In this document: one piece after another, positions 1-12,740 of the stretch
How positions within the stretch are numbered: position 1 is the stretch's first letter
Layout of the letters: each line of letters starts with the position of its first letter
Source of the DNA: Podarcis gaigeae
Lineage: Eukaryota
DNA length: 64,000 nucleotides
Strand: one strand, 5' to 3'
Assembly: GCA_964106915.2 (NCBI GenBank)
Contig: OZ066914.1
Program-made: the position numbers and the translations under genes
The notes under the pieces: model-generated
What the model was told of the DNA's origin: nothing
The model's input: only the letters and a program-made list of their open reading frames with translations
Database searches by the model: none

Positions 1-1570
1 CTAGTTAATGCTTGACAACCATTCTGTGCTTGCTCATTTAATTCCTGTGTTAAGAGAAAAAAATAAGCTCTTTGCAGTTTTTGTTGATTTTAAAACTGCC
101 TTTGATTACATCAGTAGAAATACATTCTTGGAGAACCTCAGACACCAGCATTGCTTGCCATGTGTTAATTTGGTAAGAGCATTACCCTTAAAAACGAAGC
201 TAAATTATCTCATAAGTGGACTGTGTCCAACTATATTCCTATATTTAGGGTGGTTTCCAGATTGTTCATCCTGATTGGTTTGCAAGGAGGTTATACAACA
301 GGAGTGGGCAACCTCTGGCCCACAAGCCAGTCTTAATTCTGGCAAAGCAAACCCCTTCAGCCGGCAAGATTATACTCTCTACTCTCCACTCACCAGTTGA
401 TGAGCAGGGGGGTTGATAGTGCTCTGTTTGGCTGTACATACCTGCTGCCCTGCTGGAAACAGGCACACACGGTGAAAGAGCTCTGTATAGTCCATCTCTG
501 GTGGTTCGCAGCTCCCCTGAAATTCCATAAAACTAAAAGCTGAATGACAGCTGAATAGTACCTCGAAATATTGGCATGCCTATTGCCGATTCTAAAATGG
601 GTTCAAATTAACTATGCAGTTGCTCTTTGCATTTGAGATCTTGGGGTTCAGGGTGTGTGTGTGTGTGTCTGCTTCTTATCCAACTTGATTGGGTTCAGAA
701 CACCATCAAATATGCTAACAGCATTTCTCCAATAAAAAATGGGCCATTTTAGCTCTAAAAATAAAAGTGAATGCTAGCTTGCTTTAATTATTGGAATTAA
801 CTCCTGCAATTCTTTTGAATCAATATAACCAAAAGGTTGTTGTAATTAATAGTCAAGGGATAGTTTATTCAACTCTGATGCTTGGTAACAATTTTTTTCC
901 CCCCGTTGAATATTTTTCCAGCAGGAATTGTACGGTTGCAAAACTTGATTTAAAGAATAGAGTTTGTGACCTCTTTATTCAGAAATACCTACATTTTGTT
1001 TCCAGCTCTAAAATCACACCATGGCGGTTAAGTTTAAATATAAACATATTGAATTGTATCTGATGGATCTATCAAATTTCACCAGCATAAGACTTTCCCT
1101 GTGCTCACAATGCAGTGTATGCAACTTCCTGTCATGGGAGATGCAAAAATATTTCTTTTGCTTCCCAAATCTGCTTATGTGGAGAACGTTCTGTGAAAGA
1201 TATAACCCATTACTTACTGGATGCTCAGTTTCTGAGAAAGCTTGTAATTTTTTCATCAGTTTCTGGGGGAATGTTGCCATTGATCAGGCTTTCAAATAAT
1301 TTATTTTTTACTGGCAAGTTCAAAAAAGGGTATTATCAACACATTGACCAGCTTTTCCTTAGCTGTGGCCAAATGCTGTTAAAAGTTTGTGGATGCTTTG
1401 CAATAGGACTGCAGGCTGAATGTTTTTGGTGGCTGTTAATTTCCTGCCAATGTTTTTTGTTTAATGTTTTCATTTTTGAATTCCTGCTGTTTTATTTACA
1501 GTGTTGGTCCTGTGTAGCTGTACATTTTGACTTGATATGGCCCAATGGTCAATAAAAATAATTCTCTATT
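1..1570 (+). mobile_element. Degenerate non-LTR retrotransposon (LINE) ORF2 remnant and 3' end, within a SIGIRR intron
   Basis: RT motif 'LFAVFVDFKTAFDYISR' in ORF 8-274; C-terminal Cys/His motif 'ICLCGERSVKDITHYLL' in ORF 1115-1555; aataaa-containing tail at ~1550. Clade not assigned. Confidence 0.7.
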
Positions 1571-1829
1571 TAATTTGTATATCTACCCACCTTGCTGTTC
1601 CCCAGAGAAGCACACTATCAGATCATTTAGGCTGAAGTAGCAACAAGGAAGTAGAATGGATTACGTAGAAATATTGTGGTTTCTTTTGCTTGAAAAGGCT
1701 GTAAAGGATTGCTGGAGGTCCCTGTCAGCTATGCCCCTTTACCTCAAGGGTGCAGGCAGCTCCCAGTATCTGTCTCAAATTCTTGTAACCTCTATAGGTC
1801 ACTTTCTCCTCTAGGGCTATGGCTTATTG

Positions 1830-1965
1830 CAGGCTTCCATAACTCGGGCCTCCAGATATTTTTTGGCCTACAACTCCCATGATCCCTAGCTAGCAGGACC
1901 AGTGGTCAGGGATGATGGGAATTGTAGTCTCAAAACATCTGGAGGGCCAAGTTTGAGGAAACCTG
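1830..1965. mobile_element. Palindromic hAT (Buster/Charlie-type) MITE
   Basis: TIRs CAGGCTTCC...GGAAACCTG; 8-bp TSD gcttattg/gcttactg. Confidence 0.85.
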
Positions 1966-2586
1966 GCTTACTGCATGCAGCTGTAGCTTGCAGCTATGGT
2001 TTACTGTGATGTACAGACTGGGCTACTAAGGTGAGATGAAGTTAGGAAATAGCAAGCTTGGGAAAACTATCTGTGCAAGGCATTGAAGCATTGCAGTCTG
2101 TTTCTGAGTTTTCGCTGGATACCAGCCACATGTTCTCTTGCCTTTTATCCATGAGGACAAAGCCAAAAGCCTTACTTTAAAAGAAGGGGGGGAAAGAATT
2201 CACTCAATTTAAAATTGCACTGAAATCCTAGGTTAATGGAAAGGCGAAATCTGTTGCTTTATCTGGTCACGAAAGCCTTCCATCAGAAGTAATGCCACTT
2301 AATACCTCTTAGATTTTGCAGTGCGTTTCATCTCGAAGATGAAACAAAGCTGAATGGGAAAACTGTTGGTGGAGCTGTAGATCCCTCTGTTGTAGCGAAT
2401 ATTTATCTCCCTCTGTTCAATCCTTTGGGAGCCAGACAGGGTTCCTGTGCTTCATAGACGAGGAGCGCCTGTGAGAACGCTGCCCTCAAGGCAGGGCTGC
2501 TGGGACTTGCCTACAGATATATCGCACAAAGGTTTGTGTATAACTGATGAGCATGTGACAAGATGCTGCCTCTTTGCTGCTTCTAG

Positions 2587-2761
2587 GCGCCTTCATCTGA
2601 TTTTTGGAAGGAACTGTGCCTCGCCCTGCCACGAAAAGTGTCCTATCAAGGCCTCAGGGGAGACCCCCAGACCAGTTTCCAGGAAGACAAGGACCCTATG
2701 CTGATCCTCAACAGCAATTACTTGGATTTCCGGGGGGATTCGCACCCTGAAGGAGACTCTG
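2587..2761 (+). CDS. SIGIRR: SIGIRR / IL-1R8 penultimate coding exon ([59 protein letters not shown])
   Basis: End of TIR domain ([15 protein letters not shown]) and [14 protein letters not shown] motif of SIGIRR. Acceptor gcttctag|, donor G|GTAAC. Earlier exons were not found and presumably lie upstream of the window. Confidence 0.93.
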
Positions 2762-3559
2762 GTAACAGCACTGTTTAATCTTCACTCTGTCACCATAGCA
2801 TGCCAACAGGAGACACACAGTTGCTTTTGATCCTGCTCTGATGTTTTTTGTTTTTTTGAGTGTTAGTCCACAGTTAGCCAGAAAGATTCTTAAGTGAGGC
2901 TCACAATTAAGTTTGAAAGAAAAAACCCCATTAAAAAATCACTTGATAGAAGAACACTGCAATTGCTAAAATTAGCAAAAGTGTAGCCCAGCAGCTTTAT
3001 TAATCAGTCAGCCAGGTGCCTTTCTACACACTGCCATGAGCTAACTGTGTGCTTCCTGCCTGTATTATTACAGCTATTTTAGTATGGTATGCCAAAACCC
3101 TATGTACACTTACTTTAACGTAAGTTCCATTGAACTCAAGGGAGCTTCCTTTAGAGTGAATATGTGTAGGATCAGGTCTCACTTTTGATTACAAAAGCTA
3201 AGGCTAGTCAGATGGTGATCGCCCCCCTCCCCCGAATTAAAGATGCTTTGGAATATGTGATCAAATTGTATTCTCATCTTAGTTTCACCTCTAGGAAATA
3301 GGTTTCTTCTTTATTTCAGAATTATCAAAACCTGTTCAGCCAGAGGTGACAGTGGAGACCAATGGAAGTGAAGCCTCTGCACCCACTTTCAGATTCCTTA
3401 AAATTTATTTTCTCCACTTTAAGCCTGTGTAGTGTAGTCAGGTCACAAGCAGTAGTATTTATTTAAGGCCTTTATATACCATCTGACTTGGCAGAATGTG
3501 TCTACTTTGGTTGATCACCAGGCTTGGTCACCGTTGTATGCTGTGTCTGTGGCTTCCAA

Positions 3560-3687
3560 NNNNNNNNNNNNNNNNNNNNNNNNNNNNNNNNNNNNNNNNN
3601 NNNNNNNNNNNNNNNNNNNNNNNNNNNNNNNNNNNNNNNNNNNNNNNNNNNNNNNNNNNNNNNNNNNNNNNNNNNNNNNNNNNNNNN
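3560..3687. other. Assembly gap (128 N)
   Basis: Run of n. Confidence 1.
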
Positions 3688-4659
3688 ACACCTAATTAGC
3701 TGATCCTTCATCAGTCAAACAACCATTGCCTCAATCCAAATGAAATTATCTTCCCTGTCATACAGCAGTCCACACATACATACTGTGGCACATTTTGTAG
3801 CAGAAGAATGAATTCATCTGTTTTTCCCATTCACTTCTAGCATTGGATAGGGAGCAGGGCAACATGTTTTCATAGAGAACATGTTATTTTGGCTATGAAT
3901 CCATTTGTGTTTGTAGAGGAAGAAAGGAAATAATGGTGTCATTATTGCTACATGCTTCCTTAGAGTAGCAATACCAAGGAGTGGAAATTTACGTAATTTA
4001 CCACCTCCATCTATCATTTTTGTACAGACATACCCAAGAGTTCATAAAAGAAATGGGTTTTATATCCACCAAAGGGCAGTTTTCCATTCTCTGAGCCTGA
4101 GACTACAGAGAGTTTGATGGTTTAGTCCTGACATCCTTTTTCCTAGGCCTGTGGGACTATGGCTGTACAATGGATCAATGAGTAGGAAGCGCACCTGAGG
4201 CATCGGTTCCAGAGGTTGTGAAGAACAAGTTCTGGCCCTAGGGATTTGTTAACACAGGCTGAGCACTTGCAAAGCAATACATTTTAATTTTAGTAACAGG
4301 AGCAAAATAAGTTCAGTGGTCATAAAAGATTTACGAGCGACTGGCAAGAGCAAGCCCAGCTCGCTTGTACACGGTGATTTTATTGTCAAGAGAAGAACAG
4401 AGAAAATAATGGGTTTGGCTGGGCTTTTCTTTTAGTTGAGACAGCAGCGTTGGGCTTATTTTGCTGAGGGTGTTGCGTTCACTGTCAATAATAGGCCTTG
4501 TTTCTTGTGTGGCGCGGCTGTGCACCTTGTTGGAAGCTTTCCTCATTAGTCTAGTTGCTCCATACAACAGCATGCCAGGATGCTTGAGGCTCCTCATTCT
4601 CTCGCTTGCAAAGGGAATAGTTGCTTGGAAGACATTTCATTCTCACTAGGAGCGCCTGA

Positions 4660-4664
<5 letters not shown>

Positions 4665-4700
<36 letters not shown>
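4665..4700. repeat. (CA)n microsatellite
   Basis: Direct reading. Confidence 0.95.
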
Positions 4701-4703
<3 letters not shown>

Positions 4704-5379
4704 CTGTCCTGCTTGAGAGAAAGTGATGCACATTAAATGTATTTCACGAGGCTTACAAAGGTGTTACCGGTTTCTCTTCCCAGCTCCCCTCCTGAGGTCT
4801 TTGAAATGCTGCCTGTTAGTGCTAAGGGGAAGAGCAGCTCCTCTCAGACCCTGGGGATTGGCGAAAGGTGGGACTGAAGCCTCCTCCAGATTCCCTAGGT
4901 GTTGAAATATTCAAGCCCCTTACTCTTGTCTGACATGTCAAGGCATGCTCTAAAATAAAACATTTAAATTAAGTTTAAAACTGCCAACTGACTCCCAAGC
5001 TGCATGAGATGCAGGAGGTCTATAATTAGATCTCCTGACATTTCTGCTTTTAGTTAAAAGTAGCCAGAGGCTCCAGCTTTGATTAGAGCAGTGACCCTGA
5101 GCCTCAGACCTGAGGAAAAAATTTTTGAACTCTTTTCACTGTGCCATTACCCCAATCTGTACTGTCTCCTAGTTATAGATCTCCTGCATCTCACGCAACT
5201 TGATACTTAAATTGGTTTAATAGTTCTTCCTTCTCTCCGGCTAGCCTTAGCAACTAGTTCTTTGAGGAAGGATAGCAATCTCACTGAAGTACTATTCGCA
5301 GAAATGTTGGTGGGAAGCAATGATACTTAAGCTGGTGTTTAAATGAGCTTGAACTGTATATATGTCCTCCTTGTGAATA

Positions 5380-5605
5380 CAGTGGTACCTCAGGTTAAGT
5401 ACTTAATTCGTTCTGGAGGTCTGTTCTTAACCTGAAACTGTTCTTAACCTGAAGCACCACTTTAGCTAATGGGGCCTCCTGCTGCTGCCACACCGCCGGA
5501 GCACGATTTCTGTTCTCATCCTGAAGCAAAGTTCTTAACCCGAGGTAATATTTCTGGGTTAGCGGAGTCTGTAACCTGAAGCGTCTGTAACCTGAGGTAC
5601 CACTG
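5380..5605. mobile_element. Tc1/mariner (Tigger-like) MITE
   Basis: TIRs CAGTGGTACCTCAGGTTA / TAACCTGAGGTACCACTG; TA target duplication on both sides. Confidence 0.9.
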
Positions 5606-5719
5606 TACTAGCAGAAAGTATAGTGACACTGATCATTTTAAAGCACTTCAACTTGTCTCATTCTGCCTTGCCATCCCTTCCTCTCTGATAACTGCTACCT
5701 TCTCCTTCCCATCCTACAG

Positions 5720-5913
5720 GTGCCAGGGGGTCCATTTTCAAAGGCGCACCACCTCCTCCCATGAGTGGCCCTGATGGTCCTCCACTTGGTGCTTTGGAAG
5801 AAATACAGCTTGGGGAAAACCAAAGGAGTGAGATTGACATCTCTGATTTGGGATCTCGGAACTATGGAGCAAGGACAGATTTCTACTGCCTGGTGACAGA
5901 GGATGATATCTAA
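5720..5913 (+). CDS. SIGIRR: SIGIRR last coding exon (GARGSIFKGAPPPP...RSEIDISDLGSRNYGARTDFYCLVTEDDI*)
   Basis: Diagnostic SIGIRR tail SDLGSRNY.ARTDFYCLV..DD. Acceptor catcctacag|, phase 1 matches the previous exon; TAA at 5911-5913. Confidence 0.94.
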
Positions 5914-6014
5914 GAGATGCTGGAATTTTCCTTGGTGAAACTGATTATCACGATGTGCCTTGACAATGACAATCGGCTTGGGTAGTTTCTTTGATCCATA
6001 ACAACCAAATTGAG

Positions 6015-6530
6015 TGCTGTAGGGCTCTGTCCTGGGCCCCACACTCTTCATAATATTAATCAATTACTTAGCAGAAGGGGTGGAGGGGAATCCTTAGCAC
6101 ATCTATGGAGGACATGGAAATGGGAGGGATCATTAACACCTCAGAAGACAGGAATAAAATTCAACATGATCTCAGTGGGTTGGAAACTAGGCTGATTAAC
6201 ACATGAAGTTCAACGGAGACCAATGCAAAATTCAAATGCACAGGTTTGGGTGGTGGGAATACCTAGGTTGGCATGGCAATAGTATACGTGAGAAGGATTT
6301 TAGCATTGTGTTTGATCACAAGCTGACTATGTATGAGTCAGTGGTGTTAGTTGACTGCAAAAACAGACTAATAAGATTTTTTTGCAGCATTAATAGAACC
6401 ATGGTTTCCAAGTCACCAGAAGTGGAACTGTGGCAGTGGACCCAGTTACCTAGAGGGCAGGTGGTTTCCTGCTCTGGAAGTCTACACAAAGAGGCTGGAC
6501 CTGAATTGATATAGTCCACAATATAGGTAT
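6015..6530 (+). mobile_element. CR1 LINE 3' fragment (decayed RT region, internally deleted)
   Basis: gggctctgtcctgggcccc..ctcttc..atatt (GSVLGP.LF), atgaagttcaacggagaccaatgcaaa (MKFN..KCK), gagaaggatttt...gatcacaagctg are typical CR1 ORF2 landmarks. Confidence 0.8.
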
Positions 6531-9500
6531 CTAACCTGAGTTCATGTGGGCCCCCACCTAACTTTGTCGCATCCCGCAACACCTCAGCACTTTGGTGGCA
6601 GCAGCAAGAAGAAACAAAATCAAAATTGACAGTGTTTGAACGCGACCAGCTGCATACCTGTGCATGCAGTGTGTGTGTGCGCGCACGCATGTGCATACAT
6701 GCAGGAGTTAAGGTTAGTCAAGAGTAAATGCAGCCTTTGGGCCCAAAATGTTAGCCACTCCTTGTCTACAGTATCCCTTCCAACTCTTTGGTTTTATATC
6801 ACTTCAGCACAGTAATTGTTGGGGGGGGGGAGTTCTGTTAATCCTGAAATGTGCAGGACTTTGTTAGTGCCTTATATTTTGATTATCTTTAGTTTGTATA
6901 ACTACTCAGGATCAAGGGAAGTTGTTAGGAACGAATGACCCTATTGTATGTTCTTGGGTGAAGATCTTGCACTAGGTCACTATGCTGAGACCCCAACAAC
7001 GTCTGTCAGACTCCTTTGTTTTTGCTAACATCTCTGGATAGCCCTTGCTATTTCAGAAATGGGCACTGATGACTGGCCAACATTAAGGTAATAGAACAAA
7101 GGAAAATAACAGCAATTTGGCCTGGCACTGCTGAGACCCTGTTGTGGCTGGAAACGTATCAGTCAAAAGCAGTGTAATGGAGGCAATGCCTTGGACAAAA
7201 CAGATTAGACATTTGGTTTCCGAATGAAAATCACATTGACAGCTGCAGCCCTTGGGTAAGTAGCACTTTCTAAGAGCTTTACAGCCTGATCCTAGCCACA
7301 TTTACTTGGAAAACTTGCCTTAAGTTAGTTACAGTAGTTTGTGAGTACAGCCTTAGCAATACATTGTTGCCACTAAGTGCAGATCAATGCCTAGGATGGA
7401 AAGAGAAGGGCTATAATGTTGATGGAACATCTGCCTGAACTTCAGGAAAAGCATAGCTTTTCGGGGAGGGAGGATTTGAAAAGTAATGACACTGAAAGTT
7501 CAGAATGAAAAGGTCAAGTTTTACTTACGTTCCAGCTAACAAAATTGTCACAGCAAGTCTTAGAAAAGGTTGGCACATGGTCCTTTGTCCTCTGCTTCTT
7601 TGTTTTCTTCTGGCAAGGCTCTGAGTAAGTAGCCCACCAAAAGGCCTAATTGCAATAATGGCACCTCAAAAAGTGTTTCTTAGGCTGTGTTTAGCTACTA
7701 ATGTTGTTTGCTGCCTAAACAGTTCACTGGGCAGGTGTTCTTGCTTTAAAAATATTGTATGCACACCAGAAAGTGGCTAAATAAATAAATATTTTAAGCT
7801 AGTTGTTTTGTGGCATAAGTAGTCACTGGGCTGCCAACTTCAGCCTCTAGAAAGCCGATGTCTTCATGTTAACTGGCATCTAAAGGGTTAAGCCTTGACT
7901 TGGGGAAAAACTGGAGCTTCTGCATATCATGGTTGAGTTGTGTCAGGACTAAATGGGCACTACTAACTTGGTCCAGCAGCTAAAAACAATGAAAATGGAA
8001 TTGACATTCTCATGGTCTTTATACGCACTAAAATTTCTTCCCAACCATGAACACTAGCACTGTCTAGTCCATTGGTGCTTAATCTTGAGGCCAAACTGGA
8101 AATATCACTTTATCTGGATACAATTCCTCTGAATATGCTAATGACTTTTGCCCCTCGCTTTCCTCCAGCCACAAAGAGGTCTAGTTTAGTGAATGTCTGC
8201 ATGGGGACTCCTCTTGCTTCCAGTTTAGCTCTTTAGGTCACAGTGAAAGTGGTAGTTGTGTCCTGAGAAAAGAAATACAATGCACCGTAAGGCTACTGAT
8301 AACACTTTATGTTTGCACTGTTTACACAGATGAGCAGGACTGCCCCACATAGGTTGAAGGCTCATAAGCATATCTACTGAAGGCATTAGATATATTTATG
8401 AATGTGTTTCATCACGGAAGAAAGGCATATGCACTAGTCATCTTTAATAATGGGGATAGTAACTAGGAGACAGGAGGCAGCCTTATTCCTTTCAAAATCA
8501 TTAGCTAGCAGGAGAGGAAACCTCTTCAGTTACACTCTAATCAGCATACTTCTGAAATACTGCTTTCATTTTTAAGGGCTTTTCTGAGGTTAGTTTTTTA
8601 AAGGTTTTTTCATTTTGCTATATTTGTGCTAGTCCCAATTTAGTACCAGAAGCATGATATTTTGTTTGCATGCAAAAAATAAAATAAAATGGTATTTTTG
8701 AGGCCTGGGGCTTTTGGTGTACGTTGCCTAATAATAATAATGCATTAGATAACTTAATGCTGTTAAAAGCATTAGTTACCAATGTGAAAGCTGGCAAAGA
8801 GGCAGCACTATTTCATAGTGTTTTTATAGTTATAAGTTGACAACAAAGCAAGTGTCAAAAGAATTTGAAGAGCATTTTAAAAATCTAAAACTTAAATACA
8901 TAAGAAGCAGGAAACCAGCCAATGAGGCAGTTGTATCTGTAGACAACCATGGAGTGGTTAAGATTGCTAAAGAGGGGGAGAGAGAAATTGCAGAAAAGTA
9001 TAATTCTTTGCATTGAACTAAACTACTTTTTTAGTTCATGCGCGTAAGGTATGAGGGCTAAAATTAACAATCCCTCATATACAGTTGAAATGCACCCAAG
9101 ATTCATTAAATAATAAAAATATGCAATCTATCACTGTAACTGGGCTAAATAAAGGATAGCTAGTCTGTGTGTGTTTGTTTTTTTGTAGGGAAGCCCTTTT
9201 AAAAGATATCTTCCAGTAAAATCATGAAAAGGATGTTAAAGAGAGAATTGTTACAGCTACTGAAGACAAGCCTTTTTGAGGAATAGTCAACATGGTTTCT
9301 GAATGCAAAAAAGTCCTGTATCATAAGTCTTTTGTAGTTGTTTGAGCATGCCAGCTGCCATTTTCTATGTGGATACAGGGCATTTTCAGTTTTTCAAGGT
9401 GTTACATATTCTCTCCATGATAGATATTCATTACAGTTGTGCCTTCCCTCAAAGAATCCTGGGAATTGTATTTTGGTGATGGTGTTGAGGATTCTGTTCT

Positions 9501-9652
9501 AGAGCCTTTCCCCAGTTCATGGAATCACAGTTCCCAGAGTTCTCCGGAGACAGAATGGTAAGCCCGAGTGGTAAACTCAAAGTATACATGCCACTGACAC
9601 ATGTAGACTATAGCATAACAAGAAAAAGTAACAGCAATAAATGGTCAAAGCC

Positions 9653-9658
9653 TTTATT
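9653..9658 (-). terminator. Candidate PKP3 poly(A) signal (AATAAA on minus)
   Basis: Followed on the minus strand by a GU/U-rich tract (tgctgttactttttcttgttatg). Alternatives are ATTAAA at 11599-11604 and AATAAA near 10040. Confidence 0.3.
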
Positions 9659-12600
9659 TAGCAACATCAATGAGTCTGCTCAGAATTAGAGAGCATGCAC
9701 TGAGCATGCTCAAAAGTGTGCAAAAGATTTCCAAATTCAGAGGAAGACAAGGTTCTTAATAGTTGTACAGGAAACAGAATTTTTGCAGGTGCAACATGTC
9801 ATACAGGGGTGAGAAATGCTGTACTGGATGGAATTCCTTCCATACTGCACCACTGAGGCTGATCACCTGATGGGTCAGTAAGCTGTCTTGCCAGTTGTGG
9901 TATATTTCTCTCTAGCAGAAGCACTGAAGAAGACCTAGTCCTTTCACCCACATGTTCTTTGATGTAGCATTTAACATGCCTATCTTTCAGTGCTTCAGGT
10001 TCTCATAAAACAAACAGAAATATATAATATTGAAATATTTTTATTTCAGAAGTTAGAAAAGAGCCTAACGAACAAAGGTAGATATGCTCTTAAGAGCTCA
10101 TTTAGTTCCTAAGAGATAATCCAAGGGTATTGTTATTACTTGCCATGTTCATTACAATTTAAACTTTAACCAGGTGTATTTTACCAGCAAATGGGCCAAA
10201 GGCTGTGGCCATCTTCACAAAATGACTTGTCTTCCCACTTTTCTCCTTGTGTTCATGGCTAAGGCTTTCAATCCTGCATCCAGGCTTCTCATTTGACAAA
10301 CAAAATAGGGATGATTGTGCCTCTTTGTGGGGAGCAGAGGCAGGTCTTTGGCGAACAACATTAGTAGAAGCAGCAGACTGGCAAATTAGCAAGTTTTAAT
10401 TACCTGCTTAACTTGCTGAGCCATGTGCATTTGTTGATACTTTTGGCTCCTCCCCTCTCCCAGACAGTTGTTAAGAGATAACAGCTCTACTTCCAGGCAG
10501 CCTATCTGATGCTTGAGTGTGCATGTTCCATTGAGATAGCTCTACAATAACATCCATCCTTACTTGGAAATTAGGGGAGCTGTTTCCTCAATTTTTATAT
10601 ACAGATGATCACCTCTGAAAATAGGAAGAGTGTCAGATGTTGGAGGAACTGGTGAGTGGTGCATCACTATGCACCATGCAAAGGTAGCTATTTTACTAAA
10701 ACAAGATGCCAGCTGCTTAATTCACTTTCTTAAGGTGACTTCAGCTTTTCAGTTGCACAGTTGTGATTTCCAAGGAAGCATACATAATGCTGTCAAAGTT
10801 AATGAGTTGTTAAAAGCAGCAATTTTACAAGATAATAGCCTATCCACTATACTGAGTAAAAACAAAAGCATTCTATATACAGTATGTACAGAAAAAACCT
10901 ATTCCCTCTTATTGCCCCTCGAGTCCATCTTGGCTTCCTGTTGTGGCTGAGCAGAGTCTGGTCTCATATCTATGCCGGGTAAAATTTTAACAATTACAGC
11001 AAGAACGTCAGAGAGAGGATGCTGGGGTAGTTATTTTCCTCCCAAATACTGAAATCAGCTGCCATTCCAACAGCAGCTTGTCTCTTAAAGTAAATGAACA
11101 TGGCTAAATTTGGCTGAGTATTTTAATAGGGCTACTCTTGAGTAAAAATTAGTTGATACCACTCATAGTAGTTGCATGACTCACTTTGATAATGACAGCT
11201 ATTGAGAGCTGCTGCTGATTTATGTGAAAGGTAGTGCAGTTAACAGCGCAACTACTCCAGTAAGAGAAACCTTCTCAATCAATGGCTAGGCAGTGAAAAA
11301 AGCCTGTCAGATCGGTGGACATAGCATGTAGTGGGACTAGTACCAGATCCTACAGCCTCCAGCTTCCCCATTGGCCTGAACAGGTACCAGATGACAGCCA
11401 TAACCAATGTTTGTCTGCCATCACAGCCTCTGTAGTAACTTCCCCTTTAGTCAACATTCTGATAGGACATTCCAATAATCTGCCATTCGACTGCACGAAG
11501 GATGTACCCCTGAGTGAAAGCTACTGTGAATTAGTCGTTATGTAACTTCCTTCATGTAGAATACTGGCACACAAAAGACAGCTTAATTTTACTAAAACTT
11601 TAATCCGGTCATCTTGTGCCTTAACATATTCTATCCCAGCCAGTGTTGGCTCATTTGACAGGGTCCTAGCACTTTATAGGGTAAAACCAACAGCCTTGAT
11701 CTAATCAAATACAGTTCAGTGAACCAGTACCTGGCACTTTATAGCCACCAAGGCATTCCTGCCAGCATAGAGCCAAAGTAACATTTTGCGCAAAGCTGGC
11801 CTGAGACCAGCCCAAGGACCTCTTTTCCCCCAGCCAGCACCCTTTTTGCATAATCCCACCCACCCCTTACTTCACCAGTGTTATCACCCAAACAGAAACA
11901 GTACACATATACAGTGTGTGTAGCTCCAGAAAATCCCATCTTCAGGATACCTGCTATTGACCATACAAACTAATTAAAATGAAAGAATCCGTCACCCGAT
12001 TCCACCATAAAACTATATGCCAAAGCATTCTTGCCCTACTTTTTGGGCAGTGCTAACTTTAAACATTGCATTTATCCCTCAAAATTCCATTAACAGGTTC
12101 AATACCACCAGAAACAAGTGGTTTTCTGGTGTCATATATGTAGAGCTTATAGTTCTCATTAAAATTGATCCATGCCTCAAGAAAAGAAGATCTCCTAGAT
12201 CTTTAAAAGTGAAAAGGAAGCCCATCATTTTAGGGGTTCAGAGAGGATGGTGGGGAGTGACCTATGAACAGCAGGACTTTTAGGAGGGAGAAGGAAGGCC
12301 CCTCAGCATTCTTCCCAAGACTGGAAGTCCCGCCATGACATGAGTGTTTGTGAATTTCAAATAATGACTGGGGGTCCAAGGGCATCCAGTACAAGATGTG
12401 AAGGAGAAGTAGAGTCCTGAGAATTGGCCTGGATGCTGACTCACGTCTTTACAGTTAAGATTTGTTTTTATGAAGATAAGATGGCCAGGAGAAGATGATG
12501 AGTTTCCAGCAGGCTTGAAAAATAAACACTAATGAATAATTAAAAAATAAGGCACACCAGCCAAATTGGCCTGAGATCTATAAAAAGGAGGGAAGCTGCA

Positions 12601-12704
12601 GAGGGTAAGCTTCATGCAGCGGCGGCACAGTCCATGATGGTGATTCACGTACAAATTTCATGAAGGGTTAGGGCTGGACAGTCCATTTCTGCATTCCCTT
12701 TTCT

Positions 12705-12740
12705 TTACAGGCCAACAAAGTCTTCTTTTCGATAGCCCTT
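12705..12740 (-). CDS. PKP3: Plakophilin-3 last coding exon 13 (KGYRKEDFVGL*)
   Basis: Acceptor tgttttacag|; TAA at 12705-12707; matches the PKP3 C-terminal KGYRKEDF motif. Total CDS 2496 nt, 831 aa. Confidence 0.96.
   Translation of the reverse strand, partial: KGYRKEDFVGL

Noticed and set aside
3496-3711. ORFs containing X runs
   Set aside because: Artefacts of the N gap.
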